A DNA stretch of 64,000 bases from Amoebophrya sp. A120 (taxonomy: Eukaryota; Protista; Dinoflagellata): the NCBI GenBank assembly GCA_905178155.1, contig CAJINV010000014.1, positions 964,116 through 1,028,115 of the forward strand, given 5' to 3'. Numbering within the stretch: position 1 is the stretch's first letter; every line of letters begins with the position of its first letter. The position numbers were made by a program, and so were the translations under genes. Positions 11,301-24,050 of this stretch are shown piece after piece. Below the pieces are notes generated by a model. It ran no database searches and was not told where the DNA came from. It worked only from the letters and a program-made list of their open reading frames with translations.

Positions 11301-13776
11301 TGCTCTCCGTGAAAAACTGGCCCTTCGAGGACTTCCGGTGCGGATCCGTCATCGGCCGGCTGTCCTTCGCGGCGTACAGGTCCGGCACGCCCGGTTTCAC
11401 CTCGGCGCCGCCCGGGTGCTCGTCGATGAACGGATCGTCGAGGTGGGCGTAGCCGTACTCGGGCGACTGCACGATTTTACCCAGCGTCCCGCCCTTGTCC
11501 TTGGCTTCGTACAGCGGGGCGACCTTCGGGTCGTAGACACCCGACTGCTTCAGATTGTTCAAATTCTTGTACTTGTCGATCGAAATCACCGGCGGAGACT
11601 TCGGACCGATCAACAGCGATTTTGGCGCGTTGTGTCAAGATGAAACATGGTGCCCCACCAACAACGGTGGACCGCGCAGTTTGTATCTATTTACAAAAAA
11701 AATTTTCACATGAGAAACTCTTACTTTTGACCTCTTGCATGAAAAGATAACGCTCTATACGCATTTTGTTTCAGAATATCTAAGCCAGTTGCGCAAGTTT
11801 TCAACAGCCCAGCTCTATCGCTTATACTGTTGCGCTGCGCAGCACAGACTTCGACTTCTCTGGCTTGAACATGTGTCATGCTGATACATGCAAGGCGGCA
11901 AATGTTCCCCTTGGGAAATTTTGCAATACAAACAGTTCCACATTTAGGGGTCGGGGGGGCACCACTTTTCACTTTGATACATTGAGCCCCTGGTCCATTA
12001 GCCGCTGGGCCTCCACCGTGTTGCCGTTGATTGACTGGAAGGCGGAGACCGGGCCCTCCTTCTCGTAGAAATTGTGCAACCGCATCTTCTCCTGCATGTT
12101 CAGGCTATCCTTCTGCGGCAGGGAATACGGGTTCTGCTTCTTGTGGTACATCAACTCATTGTGCAGCGTATCGACGTAGGCTTCCAGCTGCCGCTGCGAC
12201 GCGAGGACCGCAGCCACGTCGGGGAGGCCGTCGCCGGGCTGTTTTTCAGTTTGTTCTCCTAATAAAAACTCAGGATTCATATTTCGACGCTCTTGTCGTG
12301 TGCCATATTATGAATCTTCTCGAGCACTGGCCGGCTACAACTTATGCACCAAACGAAAACAGCAAAGAAGTCTACGACCATACACGCTTCCTCTACAACT
12401 ATGACTAAGAATTCCATATTACCCTTCCTTTCCCCACGCCGGCGCCGGGGGTGATGCTGAGGCAGATTTTGGGTACGAACACCTCTTCCGCGACGTGCAA
12501 GTAGTTTTTCTCGAAGGCCAAGTTTGCCGAGGACCCGAAGGGCGCGTCCGGGAGGTCCAGATTGAACCACTGCCGGTACAACCCCCGCATCTTCGCGACT
12601 TTCGCCATGGGAATGCGCAACTTCCCCACCGCCTTCACCAGCGAAGGGTCGGAATACGCCTGCTCCCGGGACTCGTACACCCGGATCGTCAACTCTGTTT
12701 CGAACGTCACGTCGACGGATAGCGTTTGGCTTCTCCCGATCACCCGCCGCTGGAACGCGGCGTTGGAGATCTCCGCGAAGAAATAGCGTTCCGTTTCAAA
12801 GTGGTGCACGTCCACGAACGTGATCAGAATCGGGACCGCCTCGGGGTCCGCGCTGGCCTGCGACGTGTCCTTCGCGCGGCTCGCCGGCGTCGGCTTCTTC
12901 TTCGGGATGGAAGCTTGCGGCGCAGCTCCCGCTCCAGGAGAACTGCCTGACGGGTTCTTCGTCGTCGAGGTAGCCATCGTGGTTGTTCCGGTTAGGCTGA
13001 CAGCAGGAACTGTATGTGGATTTGCGGGTGTTGTTACAGTTGTGTTTCCAGTAGAAGCTGCGACTTCTGCAGCGGCGTCGGTAGTAACGCGAGTAGGTAG
13101 TTCTGGTACAACCACGGGTACTGCACTGTCCACCTCTTCCACAACCTCTTCCTCCACTACGTCGTCAGCCCCAGCAGCTTCACCCTCCGCTTCGATAGTA
13201 GGTCTCGCCGGCACGAATGCTGCACTGGTAGTCAGCACTGGGTCTTCCTTAACAGCAGCGGACGCGGCTGTGTAGTTGTTTTCTACCAGACTGTTAGCCT
13301 TTTCTTGTGCTTCTGCTGCTGCTGCTGTTGCTGCGCTTGCGACCGGCGGAACTACGACGTTCTCTTCCACTGCGGCTACCAAATCTCGGGGGTTTAATAC
13401 CGGTGGAGCAAGTGCTTCCGTCGGTGCGCGTTCAACCACGCTTTGGGCAACGGCGGGCGCTCGGTGGTGCAACTCCGCGTTCAAACGACCAAAGATTATG
13501 TCCTTCGGGGCTATCAAATGCAAAAGTGTCTGGGTCTGGAAACTTGTGATGCGAGAAAGGGAATAGTGAACTCACTATAATGCGCTGCCAAGCATGACAA
13601 GTTTTTTCCATGGTTCTGAGTTGCGTACTCCGCATGAGAAACTGCGTTTTTGCATGACAGGGAGGCGGAGCTCTTCGCGGCCATGCAACACAGAGTTCAG
13701 AGTCATGCCAGGCAAGCATGACAAATCTCGCAATCTCCCAGACCCAGACATTTTTTCATTTGATAGGGGCCGCCAT
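5364..13776 (-). CDS. large (~2400 aa) low-complexity protein with a C2-like domain, split by 5 introners and at least one other intron
   Basis: ATG at 13776 gives MAAPKDIIFG. Rejoined junctions read LN|APKSLLIGPK, VW|EKMSAN|ALAAPTG and SAL|VGAQLVGNSTED. A C2-like beta-sandwich (ELTIRVYES...VGKLRIPM...YRQWFNL) lies at ~12450-12840. The link across ~12260-12430 is inferred and its splice sites are unresolved. Confidence 0.75.
9295..9565. mobile_element. introner family A
   Basis: TATCAAATGCAAACATGTCTGGGTCTGGA...TCCAGACCCAGACATTTTTACAATCCATA, TSD CGAGG/CGAGG. Confidence 0.93.
10630..10908. mobile_element. introner family D (TIR TATCxTATxTAAAAACGTCCCCACACCA)
   Basis: 28-bp TIR with 2 mismatches, TSD GCGCG/ACGCG. 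Confidence 0.9.
10934..11239. mobile_element. introner family C (TIR TATTAxAATGAAAAxxGCCCCC)
   Basis: TATTACAATGAAAAGCGCCCCCC...GGGGGCATTTTTCATTTTAATA, TSD TCCCA/TCCCA. Confidence 0.9.
11633..11979. mobile_element. introner family C (diverged)
   Basis: TGTCAAGATGAAACATGGTGCCCC...GGGGCACCACTTTTCACTTTGATA, TSD CGTTG/CATTG. The right half resembles element 10934-11239. Removal restores the frame. Confidence 0.8.
13512..13765. mobile_element. introner family A
   Basis: TIRs as in family A, TSD GGGGC/GGGGC. It lies 11 nt into the CDS. Confidence 0.93.
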
Positions 13777-14708
13777 GATACAACAACTTCTGTAGTCCTA
13801 CTGGAAACTTTAGTTCTGGTTATACTTCTTTCGAAGAGCATGGGGAAACATACACGAAGGGTCAATGAAAAATTTGGTGTAGCTCTCCCTCAATCGTGCG
13901 ATGTTGATAAAAAATCGCAAAAGCACGGGGTCGTCGGGGTACGATTCTAACAAAAAATGTTTTTCATGCTCATGTGGGGACAATGGTGGTAAGTACTTAA
14001 CTCTACATGTGGTCCTGTTTTTGGTCGGGAAATTCTAATTTCATTTCGAAAGGAGGATAGGAGGCAGAATTTATTTTCCTACGGTTAATATACACAAATG
14101 TGCACGTGAGTCGCACGTCGAACGAGACTGTCTGCTGGCGGGCGTACGAAGTAGTGACCGATTTTTTTTTCTACTTGACTAAAAGTCACTTTACCAACAA
14201 CTAACTTGCACGATAGATGTGGACGATGATATATGAACGTGAACGCGCGCGATCAGTGGTAAAACGACCGATCAAAAGAGCAACAAAGGAGGTGAAAGAA
14301 GAACGATACGTGCAAAGCGACGGCTTCCTCCGGACACAACTACAACGTCATGGCACGACGACGACATAACCGATACTTTGGGACGACGTAAACGTACGAC
14401 GAAACGAAGGCACGACATAGAATTTTCAATGCAATCGATATGAAACGGACGATAACGGACCGTCAGGCGGGATCAGGAACATTTTTGATTATCGCTATTC
14501 ACCCTCAGTGTGAATTTGACACTCCAGCTGCCTCTTCACGTAGTCAAAAAGGCTCGAAGTCTTATCGCTTTGTTTCAGCACCTGCTGTATTATGGCCTAA
14601 ACTGAATCTGTTCGGTTTGGTTCGGAGCATCACATCTCCAAGAACGAGGTTCTTACTGTATTTCCGTCTTTGCAGGAGCTGGTGGCAGTAGTTCTCTCAC
14701 CTCCACCC

Positions 14709-17700
14709 TCAAACGTCGTCCGGGTCGTTCCCCGGTGGCCCGCCTGTGTTCGATGTCGACCGTCGGTTCGCGGCGCTCTCGCTCCCGGACCCCGCCGCCC
14801 CACCACTACTTTCCACGTTCCCTATCGTCGTGGGCGGGGGGACGACCCCGGTCATGTCGATCACACTCGCGCTCTGCTGGTTGGTATTGGAGGCCGCGGA
14901 AAGACCACCGCCCGTCACGTCATTGTTGCCGCTGGAGGAAGACGCCGCGCCCCCCGCGCCCGAGCTCATCGGCTGGCTGCTGGTCAGGGTGAACTCCGTA
15001 TTGTTGGGTCCCTGCAAGTATCAAATGCAAAAATGTCTGGGTCTGGAAGGTTGGAACTTGTGATGCTAGCTCTGGACTCTAAAAACATCTGTATTGCATG
15101 ACCAGCAAGAGGAGTCTATTTTGTGCTACGCGGGGAGGGCATTTGTCATGCGGAGTAGGCAGCAGGAAGCCCTCTAAAAATCTGTGATGCTAGGTCGTGC
15201 ATTACAGACATCCTGGATCAAGCAAACTACGCATGACAAACCCGGCAACATTCCAGACCCAGACATTTTTGCATTTGATAGCAAGGGTGCGCGGGGCGGA
15301 AAATTGCTCAAAACCTCCTGCTCCAGCGTTTCGGCCTCGCCGAGCAGCCCGCGCATCCGCTGCGGATCGTATCGTAAGGAGAAATCCCCCCTCCCCATAC
15401 CAAAAAGGGGCACTACTGAAAATTTGCGGTGCTGATTTGTGACCACAAATCGTTCCTGTATTGCAAGAGGGCAAAGCCAGAGAATCAGCCGCGTTTCGCA
15501 GGCACTTTGTAACGCTGTATCGCTTACAGAGGATACGCCTGCCTTGCTAGGTGCCTACAGCAAAACGCCCCTACTCAGGCGCTGCATCCGCCTGCAGTCC
15601 TCTAGTGCTAGACAGATTGGATTTGTGTACACACATCCCCCATCACAGATCTCGGTTTTGATATGGGGAGGGGGGATTTTTCATTTTGATAGATCGTTCA
15701 CGTTCACCACGTGTGCCGTGCTTCCCTGCCCGAACGGCGCCTCCGGGGCCTGCGAGATCTGCACGGGACCCTGCGTTTTCGAGGATCTCGACCCCGCCGC
15801 CGTGCGACTCCCGGTCCGCGCCTGCGACGACGTGGCCGACTGGCCCAGGGCTCCGGACTGCGATAACTGGGACCGGGAGAGCTGCGAGCTGGCCCCGAGG
15901 GAGCTGGAAGACTGGTCGAGAAGCTGCAACTATACACTGCAAAATGTCCAAGTTGAAGTTGTAGTACGGAACTTATTTACAACGCGGTATAGCAACTTGC
16001 ATAAAGAGGAATTTTTCTTCAACGTCGACATGGTCGTACTATTCATCAACAAATATCGCTTGCTCATTTCCCAGTTCGAATGGGAAGATCTTTCTTGTCG
16101 CGCATCAAGAATGAATCTAGTTGTACAACACGTCGCTACAGTGGTAACAGCTTCGCCGAGGATTATTTGCAGTGCGTAGCGAGCGCTCGTTAGAATCTTC
16201 GTCCTGGTCCTGTATTCTTCGCTTTGGACTGCGACTGGTATCTTGGATAGCGCGAAGACTGCCGCCGGGGTAATTGTCTGTGGGAATAAATGAGTCTTAT
16301 GTATGATCAACACTTTCACTTGTGTATTGCTGCACTTGCAAACTGACAATGTTGTTGTACTGCCTTTCTTCTCAAACTCCTTGGTACAACGGCACGGCAA
16401 AAGTACTTCCGAAGGGTCAGGCATCTTCTCATATAGTCCCATGTAGTAAAGAACTAAACCCATTTTAGCGCCGAAAATTCAATCATATCACGTTTATTTC
16501 ACATGAACAATTCAGTTGTACCAATGGTCTGAATCGGCATGAGGCGGCCCCTGGTAACATTCTGGTAGAACTGCTCCTTGGCCATGATTTTCGCGTCGCG
16601 ATCGCCGTCCGGGAAATCCGGGCGGTAGTTAGCGGGCGGGGGCATCACCTTTTCGGACTCTTTGTTGGACGCGGCCACGTAGCGCAGACCCCTATCAACT
16701 GCAAAAATGTCTGGATCTGGAGGGGTCATGCTGTTTTTGCATGACGCAGAAGGTCTGGCATGGAAGCTCTAGCATCACAGGTTTCCAGAAGCTTCCGCAA
16801 TGCCGAATCCGCATCACAAATCCCCCAATTTGGTGACAGAAAGTAGACAGCTTTTGCTGCCTATGCATGGGAGATTTTTCTGTGTTCTGAAATGCGCATC
16901 ACAAGTTTGTACTCTTCCCGACCCAGACACTTTTGCAATTGATAACCGCCCAGGAGGAGCATCTTGGACTTCTGCTCAAACCAGGAGTCGAAGGTCAATC
17001 CCTCGTATTGTGAGGAAAAATCCCCCCTCCCCATATCCAAAACGAAATTTGTGTTGCTGTATTTGAGTACACAAATCGATTTGTATTGCTAGAAGGCCAA
17101 GAGACGCAGCTGCTCCCTCGTTCGCAGGCAATTTGTCATGCTGTTTTCCGTTTCCAGTTGCTTTCTGTCATGCTAAAGGCGCAAGGCTTTCCTACGCCAG
17201 CCAGCACTACAATCCGCATCTCTTCCCGACTAGCATGACAACGTGATTTGTGGTCACAAATCATGCTACACAAATCTCCCTTTCGGTATGGGGAGGGGGG
17301 ATTTTTCATTTTGATACCTCGGACAGCGTCTTCTGCAGCAGCGCCTCGTCGCGCGCGCGCTGCTCGGCCTCGGCCTGCTCGCGCCCGCGCTGCAGAAAAA
17401 ACTCGTCGATGGAAGCCAGCACGTTGTCAAACCGCTCCAGCCGCTCCTTTTCGGTTTTGTCCCGGAATTTGAGCAATCGCGACCGGAACCGCTTCACGAC
17501 AAAGAGCATTTTCCGCAACTTGTACGTGTCAAGACCCTCTTTAAAGTAGAAGGCGGTCTATGAGAGGGCGCGATTTTCTCCTCGAGCCATCGGCGTGTCA
17601 ACAAGAGGGGAGTTTGCAAGCTGCAGTAGAAAGCATAGCTGCATGACATCAAGTAGTCGTTATCTATGCATAGAACATTCATCCTGCAATGTTATCTCTG

Positions 17701-20700
17701 ATGCCACAGCTTGTCATGCAGAGTAGGATAATCTTTGACCCGCAACTCCGGACAGATGCGCGAGAAAGAGTAAGAGAGCCGTGCTATTTCACGTCATAGG
17801 ATGCGGTAGATGAACAGAAAGCCGAGGTACATAGCGAGCGCCGAGACGAAAGACGTTGTTTCTATCATGGCGGTGAACGCGCCCGCGATGCCCAACGTGT
17901 TGATGTTGGCGATGAGGGACATGAAGAGAATCATGAGGAACATGTAGAAGTAGATGATCCGTCCGTACCGTAGATTCTCTATCACACAAAAAAAAAGCAA
18001 GAAGCTCCTGTGTAATGCCAAAATAGATACATGAAAAGTTCTGTCTCGCATGGCCGAAGGCACAAACTATGGGCCTGTTCATGCCCACAGACCACTCTTC
18101 TGCCTATTCATCTTTGCAGTACAAGTGCGCCCTGCTAGCTTTTCTTTCTGGGATATTCTCCAGCACTTTCTTCCGCCGGTCGTCGCGGGTAGCGACGAAG
18201 TCCAGCCGCCGCAGCACGTTCCGGTCCGCCCGATGCATGCGGCGCAGAAGGACCTCCTCTCGCGGGTCGCGTTTCAACAGGGACTTCGGATCGTAGTGCT
18301 CGAACTCCAAGGCGCAAACTCAAATATGGAATCGTACAAAAACGCCGTTCCTTGCCCCGAAGAGGTGGAGGTACTCAACGCAAGCGCGATGGCAAGCAAT
18401 AAAGTAAGAGGCTTATTTTCTATAAACTCTGTCTTGCGCTTCCAGCACTACGGTCACATCACATTCACAATCAACTCCGACACTCTGCATTAGAATAAAT
18501 TTGTCTTGCTGGTCGATGCAAAAAAAGTGCTACCTGTTTTCGGGCGAAAGAACTGCAATTTTTCACTTCCCTACTGGATGTCCTTGATTTCGTAAACCAG
18601 ATCGAGTTCGCGATCGTATCTCTCTAGCTGAACCATCCGCATCCCTGCCTGTTCGTCGAACATGGGCACGCGCTTCACCTGTCGTTTTCTGTCGGATTCC
18701 AGGTATCAACTGCACACATGCTTCGGTCTGGAAGATTGTTTCCTTTGACTCTGTACTGCCGAACTCGTCCCATGCTCTGTATCATGCATGTCGCTAAATA
18801 CGAATAGCGCTGTTTCTACTTTGTCATACAAAACAAGCGCGGTTTTACATATGACTTGTTATGCAACACAGGGCAGCTCATGCAACTCTGTCCTGATTGA
18901 CTGCCGACTGCAATCAGTCTTGCATATGCCAATGTTAGCCTGACAACTTCCCAGACCCAGACCTAGTTGCATTTGATAGCAGGAATTTCATGTCGATGTC
19001 GGCGTCGTCGGGGGCTCGGGCGTATTGCGAGGAAAAATCCCCCCTCCCCATATTGAAAGCTCCTCCTCCTAAAAATCTGTGATGCGGATTTGTGACCACA
19101 AATCCTGTCTGTCATGCATGCAGGCCAATCCAAAGAATCCGCCGCATTATGCAGGCGGTTTGTGATGCTATTGGGCCTACACCATCGACGTTTTTCATGC
19201 TAGGAACCTACGCCAAAACATCGCAGCTCAGGCGTGGCATATGCCTGCAGTCCTCTACTGCAATACAAATATGATTTGTGTACTGAAATCCAGCATCAGA
19301 AACTTCTTTTTGATATGGGGAGGGGGGATTTTTCCTCTCAATAGGGCGGAGTGCTTGTTCAGTGCGATCCGCGGAATCGCGTCCAGTTTCCGGAGCGGCT
19401 TGCTAATCCCGGGCGCCAGAAAGTAGCGGTACCGAAACAGCTTGTACAGTGTGACCGGAATCGAAGAGAAAAAAAGGTGGCACTAGCAGCATATTTTTGT
19501 AACATTTCAGGTCCTGGAAATGTTGAACAACCCACGGGCAGAAGTCTTTTCGCATGAGGGGGGGATTGGTACTCAAGCCCACCAGCATGATGGTGCGCGT
19601 CACAAGTTCTTTTTCCTCGCTAGTTACCGTATGTGTATGCATCACAAAGTCACCGTCTCCGCCAGTTTTTTTCTACGGGATAGCGCGATCATCGGGCTCG
19701 AAGGTGATCTCGTTGAGCTTTTCCACCGTGTTCAGGATAAAGTCGATCTCAACGTCGGTGTACTTCTTGTACATGTCCACAACGTCGTAGCCCGCACGCA
19801 CGTATGCATTGCAAATATGTCTGGGTCTGGAAGGTTGCAACTCGCCACGCAGATTTTACATGACCCGTGACGTCTGTGATGTATTCCCTGGCATAACAGA
19901 TTTTCTGAGTGCATCTCGATGCCTGTGTATCCCGCATGAGAAATGCGTCGTGGTCCGCGTGACAAAAGCTAGACTTCTCTTGCTGCTCAGGCAATACTGA
20001 TTTGTTTGGAATGCAAAAGCAGCATCACAAGCTCCATCTTTCCAGGCCCAGACATATTTGCAGTTGATAGCACGAAGTACTCGGTAAAGTGGCCCATCTT
20101 TTCCTGCACCAGCAGCAGCTTGATCCCGCACCGCGGTATCTGCAGGTGCAACCCCTCCCGAATTTTCAGCGACCGCAGCCGCTGCCGCATCACCCGGGAC
20201 TTCAGGCCTTTCACCTGCGACCGCAGTTTCTGTTGGTATAGATTGCAAATATGTCTGGGTCTGGAATTTTGTAATGCTAAAAGTGAATGATGGACGCACT
20301 GCAATACGCAGCTATGCATGACAAATTTTTTTGGCTGCCATGTCTTACGTATTCCACATGGCAAACTGCGCTTTTGCATGACAGGTAAGAGGGCCTTTTC
20401 GTGCCTATGCAACACAGATTCTCGAGTCATGCCAGACAAGCATGACAAACTTGCATTCTTCCAGACCCAGACATTTTTGCATTTGATAGCTGGAACCGCT
20501 TGCTGATTTTCCCGGCCTCGGCCCGGTCACGGATCTCCTGCTGCCGTGCCTCCTCCTCCTGCCGCCGCTGCGTTATCACACGGAAAAAAGCAAAAATCTA
20601 TGTAAAATGCGAATATTCAAAACACAGCTACATTTGTCTTGCCTGTCTTCTGAGCCGGAGGGTCAGGGTGTCCTTACATTGGGCTCGGCGGTGACAAACA

Positions 20701-21446
20701 TTAACTAGTTTTGCGCTATTGTTTTTGCATTCACATTCCATGATACGAGGGTTTTTTTCCTTGTGATATGCTCTTCCTCGGGCGAAATGTCCTCGCCATC
20801 CGACTCCATGAGTTGCTGGGGTGTCCTACGAAAACTTGCTCGCACGGCAGGTAATTTGTCATGCAGAAATGATAAAATGTCGCATAGTTATACATGTAGT
20901 GTTTTTCATTTTCTACTCGAGCTCTACGTCCAGCATGACAGAATCATTTACGAACGCTTCATTTGCACGACAAATTCACGCTACGCTAGCACTCTTTTCT
21001 ACCGTACCCAGATTGCCGGAAAGAGAGCTGGTCTTGAGCTCCTCCTTTCGCGGCGTCGGCGGGTCGCTGTTGTCATCTTCGTCCGGCTATGGATTCAAAA
21101 CGTGTCTGGGCCGTTGGGTGACAGTAAAATGATGCTTGTTTTTACAACAAGTCTAGGGTCTAACACCAGACAAACATCTGTGCTGCAGGAGCCCTTCTTG
21201 AGTCTAATACAACTAACAACAAGTGGACGACGTAACTTTCTTTATGCAAAACTTCAAGTAGGTGGTCTTCAAAAATTTACCAATGTTGAAAATCAAAAGT
21301 TTGCCTGGCATGCTCGTTCCCAACGACCCCGCCGCGTTTCTTGCCGTCGATACCTCCTCCGGGAGCCCCTTCAGCTTCCGCGTCATCTTCGACGCCTGCG
21401 CCGCGGAGTCCTTCAGGGACGACTTCGTCGGCTTTTTGTCCGCCAT
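14709..21446 (-). CDS. multi-exon predicted membrane protein with 8 introners plus canonical introns
   Basis: Start MADKKPTK at 21446. Rejoined junctions: KRFQ|QKLRS, EYFV|RAGYDVV, HSA|RAPDD, KFL|ESDRK, LSE|GLTFDSW, LLGG|LRYVAAS, VND|PQRMR, APL|QGPNN. A hydrophobic two-TM exon lies at ~17795-17975. Some internal exons are not fully resolved. Confidence 0.7.
15019..15280. mobile_element. introner family A
   Basis: Perfect TIR TATCAAATGCAAAAATGTCTGGGTCTGGAA, TSD GCAAG/GCAAG. Confidence 0.95.
15370..15691. mobile_element. introner family B (TIR TATxxxxxGAAAAATCCCCCCTCCCCATA)
   Basis: TATCGTAAGGAGAAATCCCCCCTCCCCATA...TATGGGGAGGGGGGATTTTTCATTTTGATA, TSD GATCG/GATCG. Confidence 0.93.
16693..16944. 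mobile_element. introner family A
   Basis: Family A TIRs, TSD ACCCC/ACCGC. Confidence 0.9.
17006..17316. mobile_element. introner family B
   Basis: Family B TIRs, TSD CCTCG/CCTCG. The internal sequence is similar to 59551-59860. Confidence 0.93.
18704..18978. mobile_element. introner family A (diverged)
   Basis: TATCAACTGCACACATGCTTCGGTCTGGA...CCAGACCCAGACCTAGTTGCATTTGATA, TSD CCAGG/GCAGG. Confidence 0.85.
19023..19343. mobile_element. introner family B
   Basis: Family B TIRs, TSD GGGCG/GGGCG. It is an inverted close relative of 60439-60759 (both 321 bp). Confidence 0.93.
19803..20069. mobile_element. introner family A
   Basis: Family A TIRs, TSD GCACG/GCACG. Confidence 0.93.
20237..20488. 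mobile_element. introner family A
   Basis: Family A TIRs, TSD GTTGG/GCTGG. The internal sequence is similar to 13512-13765. Confidence 0.92.
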
Positions 21447-22349
21447 CTTGCCGGGTGAACTTGTGTACGTAAAAAACCCTTAAAACTCACAAAAAGGAAC
21501 AGTGGCGCCAGATCACTTTCTTGTAATCAAAATTTTTGCTCTCTTTATTCATTCTTTTGGTTCGTTTTTAGAAGATAATTTCCTCCCAAGCATCTGAAGA
21601 CTCCCCTCGTTGGCGTTTCCCTCCCTCGCGGTCGACCTGGTTTCCCATTATTTCTCCCAAAGGGACACGAAATTCAGCCGAAGAGATGAAAGCGCTAGCA
21701 ATTAGATTGATTGCTTCGGAACAACGACTTCTGTCCGGCAAGCTAGAGCCGGAGAATCGTTTGTCGCCTTTACCACAAGAAAAAAGCTCCAGATGCTTGC
21801 TCAATCAGCATCAGTTCTAGGCTGAAACATAAAAATCCTGCACTTTCGTATGCATTCTCTCGAGACGAAAGCGGACCGATGCATTCTCGCCTGCCGGCGG
21901 CAGCATTCTCTCGTCTTCACACAGGTCGTGCACACGAGCGGGAATGTTGTACTAGGACGACAGTCTTTGTATTTCTTGAGAGCTGCTATGTGCTCTCAGG
22001 CAACCGACGCTTGGGGTTCGTTGTTGTAGTACTGTGGACGACTTACTGGAAGAGCGAGCAGGAAGAACGATAATTCCTGGGACGAGAAACGTCAGCTGAC
22101 AACCAAAGCGAGTTGTGCGAGCAAAGCCGCAAAGCCAGACCGAACTGATCAAGGCAAGATGAAAATTGACGCATGCAACGTCGGCGACGGTGCAAGAAAT
22201 CTCTGCAGTTTTTGATCAAAGATTAGAATCATCATCACCGAGCGGCCCTGGGAGTAGCCCGCACAATACGTGGGGTCTTGTCTCGTGTTTGCGAACAAGT
22301 TCGCATGTCAAAATCAGGGTAAAAGAGCACGACATGCTAGGAACACCTA

Positions 22350-24050
22350 GAGTCCCCAGATGTTGCTCTCGTTGCTTTCGGCAGAACTGGGTTGTGATGA
22401 GCCACCACCAGCGGTCGTTGCTTCGTCCGGATTCACCTCCCTCATATAGCGCAACAGCTTTGCACGCATGTTCCCTGGCAGGCTTGCCGCATCGGCTTCT
22501 TCGTGCACCTGGTATGGTTAATCATCTGACTCTGAGTATGTAGCAATCTACATCGTAGAAATGACCCAGATGAGACGGAGTACCTATCTATGACTGTGTG
22601 CGTATGATGAATAAATCATAATTAAATATTAGCAGGGCTCTTGAGCTACAACGCTCCAACAAGAGAACGAGTTCGTGTCGTAGATTAGGCATGAGTAGGA
22701 ATAGAGCAGCATCCTGGAGGGCATAGCCTGCGTATGCGTGCTAGTCCGCGTGTGCGATTCGTCTAGCGTCAAAAAGTTTACACCTATACCTCGTTGATGG
22801 TTTGCACGTGGCCCGACAGGATGCGGTTCTTGATCGTGTAAAACTCGAGGTTTTGCCGGAGATAATTTGTACGTTCGGGACTCAAACTCGCTTCCGACGC
22901 TCTTCTTTCCAGCTCAACACGATCGACAAGCCGCCCAGAAGCAATGTCCGCGAAGATCACATCTTCAGGAGAGGCGCCGCTCGTGCCCCTGTTTTCCGGT
23001 ACTGGTGCTACCTATGCAACGTCATCAAGTATTTTACTTTTCTTCGTGAATAGAAAGGCCATCAAGTGCAACCAGAAACCAACTCATTGCAATTCTCTTT
23101 CTCTGATCTCCATCGTGCACCAAAAACATGGATAACTGAAGTCACTGAAGGGTCTCCCTCATGGGGAAATCCTCGGCATGGATAACTGCAGGGTGTCCTC
23201 GGAAATAAAGGGTCTGAAAAAAATAGACCTCCTCAGTGGGAACGAGCACCTCAAGCGTACTACATTTTTTAGTACGTCTGTTAACAAAATCTAAGTACCC
23301 GGTTTCCACCCCGCATGCCTCTCCACATTCGCCGTGCGGCGGCCCGGGCTTCCTCCTGCAAAAACGCATCCTGATGGGCCTCCTCGTCCGAGAACTCGCC
23401 CCCGCCACCGGCATTTATTGCGGCCGTCCTCTTTCCATCCCGCTGGACGGTATCGCTTCCCGCCACACGACGATCGCTTTCCGCGCGGCTAACGAAGGCT
23501 TCATGCGGTGGTGCGTAGGCTTTTATACTTGTTAAACCCGCCCCCACTCCAAATGTATGATGCTGCTATGCACGTGCAGGATCAGGGTCTACATCCCTCC
23601 GTGAAGATGCGTCTGCCCATGCAAGAAAATCGCTATGTAAAGGGCTAGTCACCACGAAAAAAAGTCTCTGATGCGGCGCCCTGCCATTGCGGAACCGAAT
23701 AAAGAGTGACGTTGTCCGTTCGCATGACAGAATAAGTGTTTATCGTATCCTCCATCCTGACTAGGGAGTGGGGGCGCTTTCTTCAAATAACAGGATTATA
23801 TTTATTTATCTCATTCGCGTCCTCCTCTACGGGCGCCGCGGGCGTGCACGCCCGCGGCCGCGAAAGCCAAACTTGCACCGCTCGCTGCGACAGACAGCAC
23901 CTTGACGGCGCGCGTTCCGACGCACGAAGGACGGCTACTGGAGCTGCTGCTCGAGGATTTGTCCTGCTGCCGCGGGACGAGGTGATGGGAAGATGCGGCC
24001 CGGAAGGTGGGGTGTGGTATTCAACTTGTTTTTGTCAAGATCTCCATGAC
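22350..24050 (-). CDS. putative multi-exon hypothetical protein (boundaries approximate)
   Basis: An open minus-strand exon at ~22790-23011 (VAPVPENRG...GHVQTINE) is flanked by AG and GT. GC-rich probable exons lie at ~23300-23525 and ~23815-24010. Confidence 0.4.
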
